DNA of 22,926 nucleotides, from positions 868,001 through 890,926 of the forward strand of contig QPGO01000007.1 in assembly GCA_008632985.1 (NCBI GenBank), read 5' to 3'. The DNA is from Psammoneis japonica. Lineage: Eukaryota. The notes below the pieces were generated by a model. That model was given only the letters and a program-made list of their open reading frames with translations, did no database searches and was not told the DNA's origin. A program made the translations under genes and the position numbers. This document shows, piece by piece, positions 8,672-19,409 of the stretch (positions are counted from its first letter, which is position 1; each line of letters begins with the position of its first letter).

Positions 8672-10822
8672 ATGCATTTGGTGTCAGAAGATGATGAGGT
8701 GGACACCTTTAACGACGAGCCGGAAATGCCGGAAGACGCCTTGCAACCCTTTTCCCAGCTTCCAGATCAGGAAGAAATCTCGAACGATTTTATTTCACCT
8801 TTTCAGAGAGCTGCTCAATCAACGAGGGAAATGAGAGACATGTTTCAGTGGTGGACGCAGAAGTCAACTCCAATATCAGACGATGAGTCCTCCGTTGACG
8901 AAGAAGAATTCGACAACGAGAACGAACGAGAAGCATTCAGTCAATGTACGTCACACGCACCACGACGAGGAATATTTCGAGACGACAACATGGTGAAGAG
9001 ATGGAGGCAAAAACGTGTGGTGCCGGGTTTGTATGGACTTGTGATGTATGACAACGAAATCAAGGAAGAGGGATTGGCTAAGAGTGTTGAACCACCGCCG
9101 ACATCTTCATCATCACCAGAAACCGAACAAGATACCTTTTTAGAACGCGTCATTTCAACCAAAGGGGGAGGTGGCTTCTATGAGAAACGAAGCGTTGGGA
9201 CATGTGCGACCGAAGCAATGACTGAAGCTTCGGGGAATTCAAACGACTTGTCGGAGGTCGAAGTCGGCGCTGCTTGCTTAGCAGTGTCGCCGCCGTCTCC
9301 GACTTATCACTCTGTCGAGCAATCTCAAAGTTTTTCGTTGACACCGGAGAGCCAACTGTCAAGCGATGTCGAGCAGTGCACGACAACAACATCTCGGGTA
9401 GGGGCGCAAAACAATAGACAACTTTTGTCCACAAGAAGTTCGAGTTTTCGTCCCATCGACGAGGAATTGGACGAGATAGCAATGCAAGACATGGGATCAT
9501 TTCGAAACAAAGCAGAGAGAGAACCAACAAAACGTCGGAAAGCATGGACAATAAAAGAGAAACTATTTGCTTTTGGGTTACTTTGTACAATTGCCGGGTT
9601 TGTAACAGTGCTGATATTGTTGCTTCAACCTTCTGACCAAGACGACGACGGTGCAAACCAGAATACTGTAAGCAATGAAAATGTGGACATTGACGGACTG
9701 AGTGATTTTGAGAAGTTGAAAGCACTCCTGTCTGAGGTTGCCTTGGACGGTGGAGTAGAATTCAATGATCCGACAAGCTATCAGTCCAAGGCCCTATCAT
9801 GGCTCTCGTCTGACTCTCAGATCGAAGAGTACTCCAAACATCAAATGATTCAACGATGGGTGTTGGCATGTATATACGTTAGTACCAACAATATGAATGA
9901 TTCGTCCTTGGAATGGTTTTCGTCCGACAACTGGCTCGACACCCAGGTTGACGAATGCAAGTGGATGGGGATTGTTTGTAACGACCAAGGCGAGAGGTCG
10001 GTGGTGAGCATTCACTTGCGAAACAACCGCCTGATTGGAACATTTCCCGCAGAAGTATCTCTTTTGGCCGAGAGCCTAGAGGTTCTTGATCTCAGCCGAA
10101 ACTTTCTCGTGAACGAAGGCGTCGAGGGACACATGTTTCTCGAGAAACTCACGAACCTTCGCAAGCTGGATTTCGGGTCAAACTACTTTGCTTTTACTGA
10201 GGGGATTCCACCTCAAATGAAAGAACTGACAAACTTGGTAGGGCTTGACGTCTCGAATACTCGGTACACTGGCAAGCTACCTGGAAACGTTTTTGCTGGT
10301 TTGCAGAGTTTGCAAGATTTGCGACTAGGGAGAAATGTTTTCAACAGCTCCATTCCAGTCGAAATAGGCAACCTGCCTAGCTTGAAGTACTTACACATCG
10401 AGAACGCGGGTATAACGGGTGACCTAGGCTTCATGAAACCAATGGAAACTATTTTTGAAGTATGGCTAGATCAGAACCCCAACCTAAGTGCTACACTTCC
10501 GACTTTTTTGGGTGAGCTGACTTCCTTGGTAAGTTTATCCATCTCTGAGTGCAGTCTCCGTGGCTCCATTCCAACAGAGCTGGGTCAATTGGAGAATCTT
10601 CATCTATTGTGGCTTAACAATAACAAGCTCTCGGGCGACGTTCCCTCCGAGTTGGGAATGTTGGAAGAGCTGAGACGGATGGATATCAAGGGAAACGATC
10701 TCATAGGACAAATGCCTCCGGAGATTTGTGCTAACACCCGACTGCCGAATGGCTTCCTTGCGGTGCTGGAGGCTGACTGTCGTGATCAACTTGAGTGCTC
10801 GTGTTGCTCAGAATGTTTCTAG
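8672..10822 (+). CDS. Type II membrane LRR protein (kinase-less, receptor-like), 716 aa from the first ATG
   Basis: Acidic disordered N-terminus, then a basic patch (KRRK) and one hydrophobic helix (LFAFGLLCTIAGFVTVLILLL). Cap motif PTSYQSKALSWL..QRWVLACIYVST..NWL..ECKWMGIVC, plant-type LRRs (LRGSIPTELGQLENL) and a C-terminal ADC...CSCCSEC. The track start at 8540 is a TTG. Confidence 0.9.
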   Translation: MHLVSEDDEVDTFNDEPEMPEDALQPFSQLPDQEEISNDFISPFQRAAQSTREMRDMFQWWTQKSTPISDDESSVDEEEFDNENEREAFSQCTSHAPRRGIFRDDNMVKRWRQKRVVPGLYGLVMYDNEIKEEGLAKSVEPPPTSSSSPETEQDTFLERVISTKGGGGFYEKRSVGTCATEAMTEASGNSNDLSEVEVGAACLAVSPPSPTYHSVEQSQSFSLTPESQLSSDVEQCTTTTSRVGAQNNRQLLSTRSSSFRPIDEELDEIAMQDMGSFRNKAEREPTKRRKAWTIKEKLFAFGLLCTIAGFVTVLILLLQPSDQDDDGANQNTVSNENVDIDGLSDFEKLKALLSEVALDGGVEFNDPTSYQSKALSWLSSDSQIEEYSKHQMIQRWVLACIYVSTNNMNDSSLEWFSSDNWLDTQVDECKWMGIVCNDQGERSVVSIHLRNNRLIGTFPAEVSLLAESLEVLDLSRNFLVNEGVEGHMFLEKLTNLRKLDFGSNYFAFTEGIPPQMKELTNLVGLDVSNTRYTGKLPGNVFAGLQSLQDLRLGRNVFNSSIPVEIGNLPSLKYLHIENAGITGDLGFMKPMETIFEVWLDQNPNLSATLPTFLGELTSLVSLSISECSLRGSIPTELGQLENLHLLWLNNNKLSGDVPSELGMLEELRRMDIKGNDLIGQMPPEICANTRLPNGFLAVLEADCRDQLECSCCSECF

Positions 10823-11841
10823 CAGTAGCTACTACACAGTTAGAAATGGATACCTGTAGGGGGGAAATGATAGAAACAGAAAAAAACTAGAAACTAGATT
10901 GTTATAACGAGGCGAGTCTTTCACTTATCATCCAACTCATTTTAATCCTAGCTAAATCCAGGCCTTCCGCGACAGTTTTTTTATTTTCAAATCTCGGAAG
11001 AGTTCCAGTTGAGTACTATCCGTAATACTGAAGTACGACTACTTTAGGGCTAGGTTTGGTCCTTACTGACGGTAATAGCCTTCGGGTCCCCAGCATCTCT
11101 ATCCGCGAATGCCTCTTGTGGCCGGAAAAGAAAGGCGTTAAACTGTACGTAGATCCCCATACGAATTGTACGCAATAAATGTTTGCTATGAGAAAATTCA
11201 CGTCAAGTCTTCGTTGTCTGGACAATAATCAACCATCGTGCTTTCTTTTCTGGGCAATAGACATCCTAAATAATTTGATTACGATTCTGTAAGATACTTA
11301 AGGGGTAAAATATTTAGGACGACGGATATAATGACTGTGTATTGTCCTGGGTACACAACCCTCGTATCTAACTTCCGTTGAACGAGGCTTATATGATTAT
11401 TCATAGCATTTGATTGGTTCAGAGATATGTCTAGTCAAATCGTAACCTTTCTGTCGAATGCTTATTCCATCTCGTTTGTGTGCAATTCTACGCACCAGTC
11501 CGGTATATTAATCAATACCGTATTTGGTCAGACATCTCTTGGATGACCTTCCCTATGTACTTTTTGGAGAAAGACACATTCGAAAAATTAGCAGGCTCGA
11601 TATTCGCGAAGGCATGGGTCACACCGCAAATAAGAAGTGAAGTGGTTCTATTCAACACCTTACCCATCGTTTACTTGCAACCCCAAGGGCGTTTCTCATC
11701 GCCTAAAGAGCAAAAAGACTCAACAACAACTCTCTTGAAGACTCCTTTAGTGATCGAAACTAAGGGAAATAACGCGCTGTCTCCCTTACGAGGAGCCGAT
11801 TTAATGAACAAAACAAGAACCCTGAAATTTACAGATTGAAA

Positions 11842-14800
11842 ATGAGCAATAGCGTAACTACGATTGACACTTCCACGTCTGCCGGAGAAGCAACAGCGGA
11901 AAGTGACAATGCAAGTGAGACTAGAATACCGATCGGAACGTCGCAATCCAGTGCCAGCATGCTGCGACATCTCGTGACAAAGATGCAGGCTAACGAGAAT
12001 ATCAACAACAAAAACAGCAGAAACGGGATCGACTCTAGTAGCCTTGAAGAGTCACTGAGTAAGCTGGACAAAATGTCCGAAGAAATCAATATGATCTTTG
12101 AGGATACTGACTATAGCGAGAGTCAGTCCAGGTCGAGTGCTGGCAACTCTTCTGGAGACGGCTTGAAGCCATCGTCTCTGAATAACTGGATCGAGCAGAC
12201 TTACAAGAGCACGAGCCCTTCAGAAGCGACTCGTACCAAACTCAACGAGCACAGCAAAAGTAGAAGGGCCCGGTCCATTTCAACTACACATACTGTTACT
12301 CCTCCCAGCAGCGACAGCTCATCACCAAGCCCTGCTTCTGGTCACAGCAGAGCGAACCACCAACACCACCATGCGGAGCTCGCGTCTGAGCGAGATTCAT
12401 GCAAAGACTCAACACACAACACGGACGATGAAAGCATCACGCTAAGTTCTTCGGGACGTGTTATACGACATAGTATGGATGCAGAAAACATGAAACGCAA
12501 TGCTGAACGGACGGAACGGTTAGAGAAAAAGATAAGACAAGTTCACGAAGAAGAGGAGTCATCATCATCTTCGATACGCTTCGAGCTGGAGAAGACAAAA
12601 TCGGATGAGTCGATGGCAGAATTGGCGGTGGCGGGTGCTCTCAGAAAAATCATGGCAACATCGTCCGAGGAAGAAAGCTCAGAGAGTGGCAGTGACGATT
12701 CCTCCTCCTCTGGATCGTCTCACGAAGAAGTCACACGCGGGGCTACTGGCGGTCATTCACCGAGGCATAAGGCGGTCAGAGCAACACCGCATTCATACGA
12801 CAGTAGTCCCACGGTCTCATCACCACCGCCGAGACAGCATGAGCCAGACGAGGAGGAATGCCAACCGTATCACCCACAACCACGATCGCCACCGCGACAC
12901 GAAATCCGGCGATATCCGCTCCATCAAATACCAGAAGACAGCTCAGGCTCCGGTCCGGTTCAGACAGATCAAGAAGGTATGGAGCATTCGTTCAGTGAAA
13001 TGGACGAGATGATGGCATGGTACAGGGAAAAGGAAGAAAATATCGACACGATGGACGCATTCCTCCCAGGCATCAGAACAAGTAGCAGTTCAACGTCTTC
13101 TACCTGCTCCCACAATCCTGGAAGCCGGGTCAACAGCAACTCATCCTCGGTTAGCCACGGGAGATCCGTCGGAAGCGATCTTTCTTCTGTCAGTCCAGGC
13201 AGCCGAGTCAACAGTGATGCCTCGGCGTCTTCAAACTTTTCCATGTCCCCTTATTACCTTGTTGTTGAAGGTGACAGCGCGCCTTTGTCGTCACAATATA
13301 CAGTACCCCCGCCCCAACAACCTCCAGGGGACTCCCATCCAGGAGAGCCCGGAGGTCAAGCACCAAGTGCCATTCAACCGGAAGAAAATACCGAGTCTTC
13401 GCTTGCAGTTGCGTCAGCAGGGAGCTCCAGAGCTTCTTCGCCGAGTCCTGATTCAGTGGGTTGGGAGGAGCTGGGCCTTTCTGAAGGTGAACGAGAGGCA
13501 CTGCATCGCTACGAGCAGTCTGCCGGAGGGAACAATAGAAGGGCGTCGTTGGACTCCACTGATGTGGAATTGCTTCTCTTGGAACAAGAAATGCTCGCAA
13601 TGCAAGACAAGCAGTCGTCGAAGCGAAGTATAGGCTCTTCTGATAATGGATCGGTAGATTGGGCCGAAGTTGGCTTGTCCAAAGAAGAACGGCAACAGAT
13701 GCATAGTTTGGGCGGTGAGTTCCTTCGCCAGCAGGTCGCAGAGTTGGCAAGGTATGAATTGCAACGTGACAGCCGGCAAGCGTCTTCTTCGGTACAAAGC
13801 ACACAAGGATCGGGATCTCTGAGCGACTCGATTGCGCTTGAGCTGTCCCGTTACGAAACCAAGGAGCTCGAGAAGCTATCACGTGAGCGGGCAGGAAGAC
13901 GCGACCCGCCGAGCTCATCCGATGAGTCGTCACAGGATTCAAGTTCAACGAGTTCGGGATCCTCAAGTGATTCGACCAACTCAGCTATCGCGGCCGATCC
14001 AGAGCTCGTCGACGCTTTAATGGTTGGGATGAAGGCACCTTCGTCAGACGAAATGCTCAAGAAGAAGAAGAAGTCTCGTTCCAGCAAGCGCTGGGACTCC
14101 AGCCTCCCTGGCGCTTACCCTAGCAACAAGGATCCCGATGAAACGTATTGTTCTTTGAAGGGTGCTAGTAAAAAGAGTCACAAGCACAAGGCTGGAAAGG
14201 CAGCCTATCACAGTGCGGGCGACGAAGAAGCGTCCAGCAAGATTCTTATATCGACCGGAGCTCATTCCATGTCGAACACGAGTTCGCTGTTGTCGAAAGA
14301 GAAAAGTAAATTGGCACCTATTGGAAACGAAGAAGTTTATGTCGATCTGTTGCATGAAGAGTCCTTTGTCGACGAACCTGCTTCTGGCGAGCTACTTCCT
14401 CTCCACAGAGGCAACAAAATGTGTGATCGTCGCAAACTGGTGATTTGCTGCATCAGCGGCTGGGTCTTGGCTCTGATTGTCGTGGCGTTTATGATGGGTG
14501 TGCTGGTCACATCTTCCCTGCAGGACGACTCGAGCAACGAGAGTGGATCAACCGGTACGCTGTCTCTGTCGGAAACGTTGTCCAAGGTTGCCCTCCAAGG
14601 TGGGACAGAGTTCAACAACCCCGAAAGCTATCAATCGCGAGCTCTGGCGTGGCTTCAAGACAATGCGAATCTAACTCGCTACTCTGAAGCGCAGAAAATC
14701 CAGCGCTGGGTTTTGGGTTGTTTCTACTTCAGCACAACAGACGTGGAAAATGCTCATACTTGGATTTCAGCGGACAAGTGGTTGTCGAACGCGGAAGAAT

Positions 14801-15657
14801 GTACTTGGAAAGGCGTTGTCTGTGATGGGATCGGCAGATCTGTCGTTGCACTGGAGCTCCCAAACAATCGTCTCAGGGGGGTAGTACCCCCAGAGATATC
14901 GCTGCTATCCTCTACGCTGGTGACGTTGAATCTGCACAATAACTTACTCACAAATAGCGGAGACGATGGGCATAGCTTCTTCCAAGAGTTGACGAAGCTG
15001 CGTCGCCTGAACATTGGCTCGAACGACTTCATCTACGAAGGCATCCCTCTCCAGTTTGCCAAGCTAACGGATTTGCTTGTCCTGGATATTTCGAACTTGG
15101 GCTACTCGGGAGAGCTGAAAGGCAAGGTATTTCAGAGGTTGCACCTTCTAAAAGACCTGAGAATGGGCGGGAACTACTTCAACAGTTCCATTCCGATGGA
15201 GATTGGCAAGATCAAGTCTCTCGAGTACCTACACGTTGAGAATTCAGGCATTACTGGTGACTTGAGTTTCACTAAGCCAATGAACAATGTCATTGAGCTG
15301 TGGCTTGACCGCAATCCAGACATGGAAGGGACGATTCCAACTAACTTAGGCAACACATCGACCCTGGGCAGTCTTTCCCTCTCCGAATGCGGCTTGACGG
15401 GCCAGATACCGACTGAGCTCGGTTGGTTGACAAAGTTGGAGTCGTTGTGGCTTGCGGATAATGAGCTGACTGGGACAGTGCCAAAGGAGTTGGGAAGTAT
15501 GGTGCAACTGCGAAGGCTGGAAATCACAGGTAACGATTTGTCTGGAACAATGCCTGCGGAGGTATGTGTCATGACGCGCCCTCCGGGTATTCTTGCATTG
15601 CTCGAAGCGGATTGCGTGGATGAGGTCATTTGTGACTGCTGCACTCGGTGCTATTAG
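11842..15657 (+). CDS. Type II membrane LRR protein, paralog of 8672-10822, with a very long Ser-rich N-terminal tail (1271 aa)
   Basis: About 870 aa low-complexity N-terminus, RRK plus a TM helix (LVICCISGWVLALIVVAFMMGVLV), cap PESYQSRALAWL..QRWVLGCFYFST..ECTWKGVVC, LRRs (LTGQIPTELGWLTKL) and a C-terminal ADC...CDCCTRC. Confidence 0.92.
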   Translation: MSNSVTTIDTSTSAGEATAESDNASETRIPIGTSQSSASMLRHLVTKMQANENINNKNSRNGIDSSSLEESLSKLDKMSEEINMIFEDTDYSESQSRSSAGNSSGDGLKPSSLNNWIEQTYKSTSPSEATRTKLNEHSKSRRARSISTTHTVTPPSSDSSSPSPASGHSRANHQHHHAELASERDSCKDSTHNTDDESITLSSSGRVIRHSMDAENMKRNAERTERLEKKIRQVHEEEESSSSSIRFELEKTKSDESMAELAVAGALRKIMATSSEEESSESGSDDSSSSGSSHEEVTRGATGGHSPRHKAVRATPHSYDSSPTVSSPPPRQHEPDEEECQPYHPQPRSPPRHEIRRYPLHQIPEDSSGSGPVQTDQEGMEHSFSEMDEMMAWYREKEENIDTMDAFLPGIRTSSSSTSSTCSHNPGSRVNSNSSSVSHGRSVGSDLSSVSPGSRVNSDASASSNFSMSPYYLVVEGDSAPLSSQYTVPPPQQPPGDSHPGEPGGQAPSAIQPEENTESSLAVASAGSSRASSPSPDSVGWEELGLSEGEREALHRYEQSAGGNNRRASLDSTDVELLLLEQEMLAMQDKQSSKRSIGSSDNGSVDWAEVGLSKEERQQMHSLGGEFLRQQVAELARYELQRDSRQASSSVQSTQGSGSLSDSIALELSRYETKELEKLSRERAGRRDPPSSSDESSQDSSSTSSGSSSDSTNSAIAADPELVDALMVGMKAPSSDEMLKKKKKSRSSKRWDSSLPGAYPSNKDPDETYCSLKGASKKSHKHKAGKAAYHSAGDEEASSKILISTGAHSMSNTSSLLSKEKSKLAPIGNEEVYVDLLHEESFVDEPASGELLPLHRGNKMCDRRKLVICCISGWVLALIVVAFMMGVLVTSSLQDDSSNESGSTGTLSLSETLSKVALQGGTEFNNPESYQSRALAWLQDNANLTRYSEAQKIQRWVLGCFYFSTTDVENAHTWISADKWLSNAEECTWKGVVCDGIGRSVVALELPNNRLRGVVPPEISLLSSTLVTLNLHNNLLTNSGDDGHSFFQELTKLRRLNIGSNDFIYEGIPLQFAKLTDLLVLDISNLGYSGELKGKVFQRLHLLKDLRMGGNYFNSSIPMEIGKIKSLEYLHVENSGITGDLSFTKPMNNVIELWLDRNPDMEGTIPTNLGNTSTLGSLSLSECGLTGQIPTELGWLTKLESLWLADNELTGTVPKELGSMVQLRRLEITGNDLSGTMPAEVCVMTRPPGILALLEADCVDEVICDCCTRCY

Positions 15658-15892
15658 ATTTCGAATGTCGTAGTCTAAGTTAAGAATAGAAATGTACACA
15701 ATAATAGTTCGAATCACACGTCATTTGTTTCTTACCGGTACGGACTGGGTTGCCTGGCGGCATTAGCATTGCACTCTGGTGTTCGACTTACTCGTGAATT
15801 AGAGAAATACAGCCAAAACACCACAGACCTAAAAACGATCTCTTCTGAACCGAGACCAAAAACGTTCAGCTTCACACCCATTTGACGATATT

Positions 15893-16072
15893 GGCTTCGC
15901 CAGAGATAGAGCCGCCCACATAATCCTAAAACTTCCCTACTACAATACGATACATTGTACAATATTCTGTGCCCAACACTCTACAATCCTAATTAAAAAA
16001 ACTCTCGGCTTTGCCAGAGCTAGAACCGCCCACTGCAAAGAATGCCAACATAATACTAAAACTTTCCTGCTA
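15893..16072. repeat. Degenerate direct repeat (15893-15942 vs 16007-16072; second copy is 16 nt longer)
   Basis: ggcttcgccagagatagagccgcccac-ataatcctaaaacttccctacta vs ggctttgccagagctagaaccgcccac[16 nt]ataatactaaaactttcctgcta. Confidence 0.75.
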
Positions 16073-16120
16073 AAGTACCTTTAAATAAAGTATATAATTC
16101 AAGAAGTGCTCACAGCAAGG

Positions 16121-16900
16121 TTACGTGAGACGGGCCTTCTTGCGCGCCTCACGTTGCTTCTGGAGTTCTCGAATCTGCTGGAGGAGGGCACGGTCCTGGT
16201 CATCGTCGGCGTCATCGCCACAAGGCTCACCAGCTGCAACTGAAGCGTCGGTCTCGATACCAGAGCCTTCCACGAAATCTTGAGCCACAGCGTCGTCGTT
16301 GAGGTGAACGATGGTCTCGATGCGGAGTCCCAGGTAGCGAATGATGCGATTCTGGAGCTCCCAGACTGTGGCACTGCCCTTCCCGAAATAGAATTTCTCG
16401 TCAGGAAAGTCAGGGTGCTCTCCAAGGCCGTGGTTGTACATCTTGTAGAGCTTCTTCAGACAATCAATACGACCGAGACGGCGAACCGCTAAAATGCTCG
16501 TTAGTCCAAGATCGCGTTGGGTCTTGGTCATCGCCCACTTGGCATAGCGTTTCTCAGAAGAGTGCGTGCGCAAGTAGGCGAGCGTCTGCAGCACCTTCTG
16601 AAGACCGCCGTCGGATGAAAGAAGAACTTGGTAGCGCTGCATGGACTGAGAACGACCGCGCACAAGCTCGTTTCTCTCCTTTTGCTTCTCCATGAGCTTA
16701 ATTTTAAGTTGCAGCACCTCCTTATCTGCTTTTGTACGATCCTCTGCGGTCCCGAAAAGGTACTCCTTTTCCTGCTTCATCTGTTTCCGTCCCGCCTCTT
16801 GCACTTCGACGTTGGTTTCAAAAGCATTTTCCAACTCCACAGGGCAAAGCTCCTCAAATATTTCCAAAAACTCGTCGTCCGGCTTATCCGTAGGCACCAT
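16121..16900 (-). CDS. Hypothetical coiled-coil protein (259 aa); N-terminus may extend to ATG 17055 through a frameshift
   Basis: Long ORF with protein-like composition, charged helical segments (KEVLQLKIKLMEKQKERNEL) and a basic C-terminus (REARKKARLT). No family recognised. Confidence 0.65.
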   Translation of the reverse strand: MVPTDKPDDEFLEIFEELCPVELENAFETNVEVQEAGRKQMKQEKEYLFGTAEDRTKADKEVLQLKIKLMEKQKERNELVRGRSQSMQRYQVLLSSDGGLQKVLQTLAYLRTHSSEKRYAKWAMTKTQRDLGLTSILAVRRLGRIDCLKKLYKMYNHGLGEHPDFPDEKFYFGKGSATVWELQNRIIRYLGLRIETIVHLNDDAVAQDFVEGSGIETDASVAAGEPCGDDADDDQDRALLQQIRELQKQREARKKARLT

Positions 16901-17767
16901 CCAGCTCGGATGTAGCCAAGTTCTTGATGCTGCGACATGAGACTGTCGACAAACGCGACGGTAGCCTCAAACTCACGCTTGAGCTTGTTCGGCGTGGGAT
17001 GGGAAACCATCGTACTCTTGGCAACGGCCGCAGTCAATGCATGGGGACTGAACATGGTTGTGATTTTCAAACTCTGAATATTGTATGAGAGTCCCCAGAG
17101 AGAAAGAGAAGACAGGACATGTGAGGAAATGAGTTGGCCGTTGCGTAAGTGTAAGGGTCAAGCAGAGAGTAACAACAGTCGAAGGCAGAGACGAGCAAGA
17201 AGAGACGGAGAACGATGACACACCATTTTCAAAAACGAACTCACCGTGAAAACTTTTCCAAGTTGAGAGTTGTGGGAGAATGAAGCTTCAAAGGATTTCT
17301 CTCGGATAATTTTGAAACCCACGAATTTCAATTTTTTTTGAAAATTTTCGATGGCAACTCAAGACTCAAGTCAATCCTGACTCGTGATTCGAAATAACGA
17401 GCGAAGACATGTTGTGACCGCCCCGGACCCCATAACACGAACAAGCAACCTCAACGATTGGATATCCTTTTGATAGAGGTTGAAAAGTTTGATGCCGATC
17501 ATATCGAATTGTTCCCGTATGATTAGTTATTACACAAAATCTCGCCATTGACGTTTTCCGTTTCTCGTCGTGCTCTTGCCACATCATTTCCCGCCATTTT
17601 TTCTTTATTTGAGATACAAGTCTGTATATATATTGAACTTCCACGAATATTTTCGAAAGGAATATTTTGAATACAACATACACGAGGATTTCTATTAATC
17701 AACGGTCACAACAAAACATACCGCTCGCTCAAAAGCGTCGTCACGACGCACTCACGCACGAACAAAC

Positions 17768-18556
17768 ATGGCTCGTGCCAAAGCAGTGCTGTTTAGGGCC
17801 TTAGTTATTGTTTCAATTGGTAACCATCGGTCTCTACCACTCCTTATAGCATCCTTACAAACAACATCCATGTCACCAATGTCAAAAACTCCTCCACGTT
17901 CTCCGCTACGGCCATCATCATCGTCGTCATCTGCGTCGTCTCCAAGTCACCGTTCTCCCAATCGTTGTCACGCTCCTGAGAATCAGCCTCGTCGTCCCCG
18001 ACTGGATTCCCGTGAAATTCCCCGTACGTACTCGGGTTTGTACGGCAATGGCGGTCAAGACGGAGACTTGATGCCGTTTGAATTGTCACGAAACCGCAAC
18101 ACGGATTGGATTCTGGAAGGAGGTCTGTTGCTGTTGGCTACGTATATTTCTGCTATTCTCGTGTTTGAGCTCTTGATTTTGGCGCTTGTGAATTTCTCCA
18201 CGTCCTTTACTATTACACACACGGCACACGGGATAATCACGTTGGTGTACTTTCACTGGATCAAGGGATCACCCAACTTTTACGAACAGGGCGAAATGAA
18301 TGCCATGACGCTATGGGAACAAATGGATTGTACCACGGGGCTTTCCAAGGAACGAAGGACGCTCCTGATCATTCCCACGCTGCTGTGTTATGCCGCGTGT
18401 CATTTTTGCAATTACGACAAACAAATGGTGCTTTGGAATTTGGTGGTGTATGGCTTTGAAATTATAGCCAAGTTGCCCTTTATGAATGGAGTGCGAATAC
18501 TTGGAATCAACCGAACTACCGGCATTGATGATGATGGGGAAAAGAAGGTTTTATAG
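17768..18556 (+). CDS. ORMDL: ORMDL/Orm family sphingolipid-synthesis regulator; true start may be a downstream ATG (about 17870)
   Basis: Motifs NRNTDW, HWIKGSP..EQG....MTLWEQMD and KLPFMNGVRILGIN, with hydrophobic segments. Confidence 0.92.
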   Translation: MARAKAVLFRALVIVSIGNHRSLPLLIASLQTTSMSPMSKTPPRSPLRPSSSSSSASSPSHRSPNRCHAPENQPRRPRLDSREIPRTYSGLYGNGGQDGDLMPFELSRNRNTDWILEGGLLLLATYISAILVFELLILALVNFSTSFTITHTAHGIITLVYFHWIKGSPNFYEQGEMNAMTLWEQMDCTTGLSKERRTLLIIPTLLCYAACHFCNYDKQMVLWNLVVYGFEIIAKLPFMNGVRILGINRTTGIDDDGEKKVL

Positions 18557-19409
18557 GAAGCGATGATTCGAGTGACGCTGTTCTTGTCATGTATCTCCGA
18601 CGCTATTGTTTCATTACACACGATGGCATTCTACCTATTACTTTCTCTAGTGTGGGAATCTGAGACCAAGGTTCTTTCATCGGATGTTCTCCTTTAGCTT
18701 ACACTGATTATGGCTGAGAAACTAAAATAATGATCCAAGTTGCATTTCAAAATTGAAGAGCGCCTCTCTCTCGGGCTGTTCAATTGATTGTGAACGCTTT
18801 GTAAAGAGAGGCACATTGCGTACACTTAACCAATTCTGGTTTTTCGCAGCAGCATTTCTGGCAGTTCGGTGCTGGAGCTCCCCACAGCTAGTAGAGACAA
18901 GCGCTTCACTATTGCTACTAGGAAACGCATCCATGCCGGTAGAAGTAGGAAATCTATTCAATTCTTTGAATTCCGTCTCGCTGGTTCGTTCTCTGGCCTT
19001 CTGTCTAGAGAACCGTACAGTACCCCCATTGCTCTCTGCTTCAAGCTACTTCTAGGAATTTACATCGCAACCAGCGTCCTTTTTCGCAGGTTCGTCTTTT
19101 GTACTACCGTAATTTCTCCACAATGTCCAATACTGGTATGGACTCAATCATGGTATACTGGATGCAATCTACACAATTTTGTCTTTTGAAACAATAGCTT
19201 GTCCGCTCTACCTAGATAGAACTGGAACGGCTGCGAGACAAAGGACTTCACTTTACTCGAGAAACGCTCTGATACGGAAGAGGACCCGATACATTCTTCG
19301 TAATCATGGGTAGGATAGAGTCGTCTATTCTGAATGAACAGGCGCCTAATGCAATCTGCTCTAATTACTACCGGTAGCGTCGGTTTGTTCCAATAGCTTT
19401 ATACACATT

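Noticed and set aside
11016..11839. Short ORFs between the two LRR genes
   Set aside because: Non-ATG starts, AT-rich intergenic composition and no domain similarity.
17446..17482. CAACCTC...GAGGTTG inverted repeat
   Set aside because: A 7-bp stem only; compatible with chance, and no element ends were identified.
18722..19189. Short ORFs between ORMDL and the Rab5ip-family gene
   Set aside because: Interrupted by stops with no recognisable motif; cannot be supported as a gene or pseudogene.
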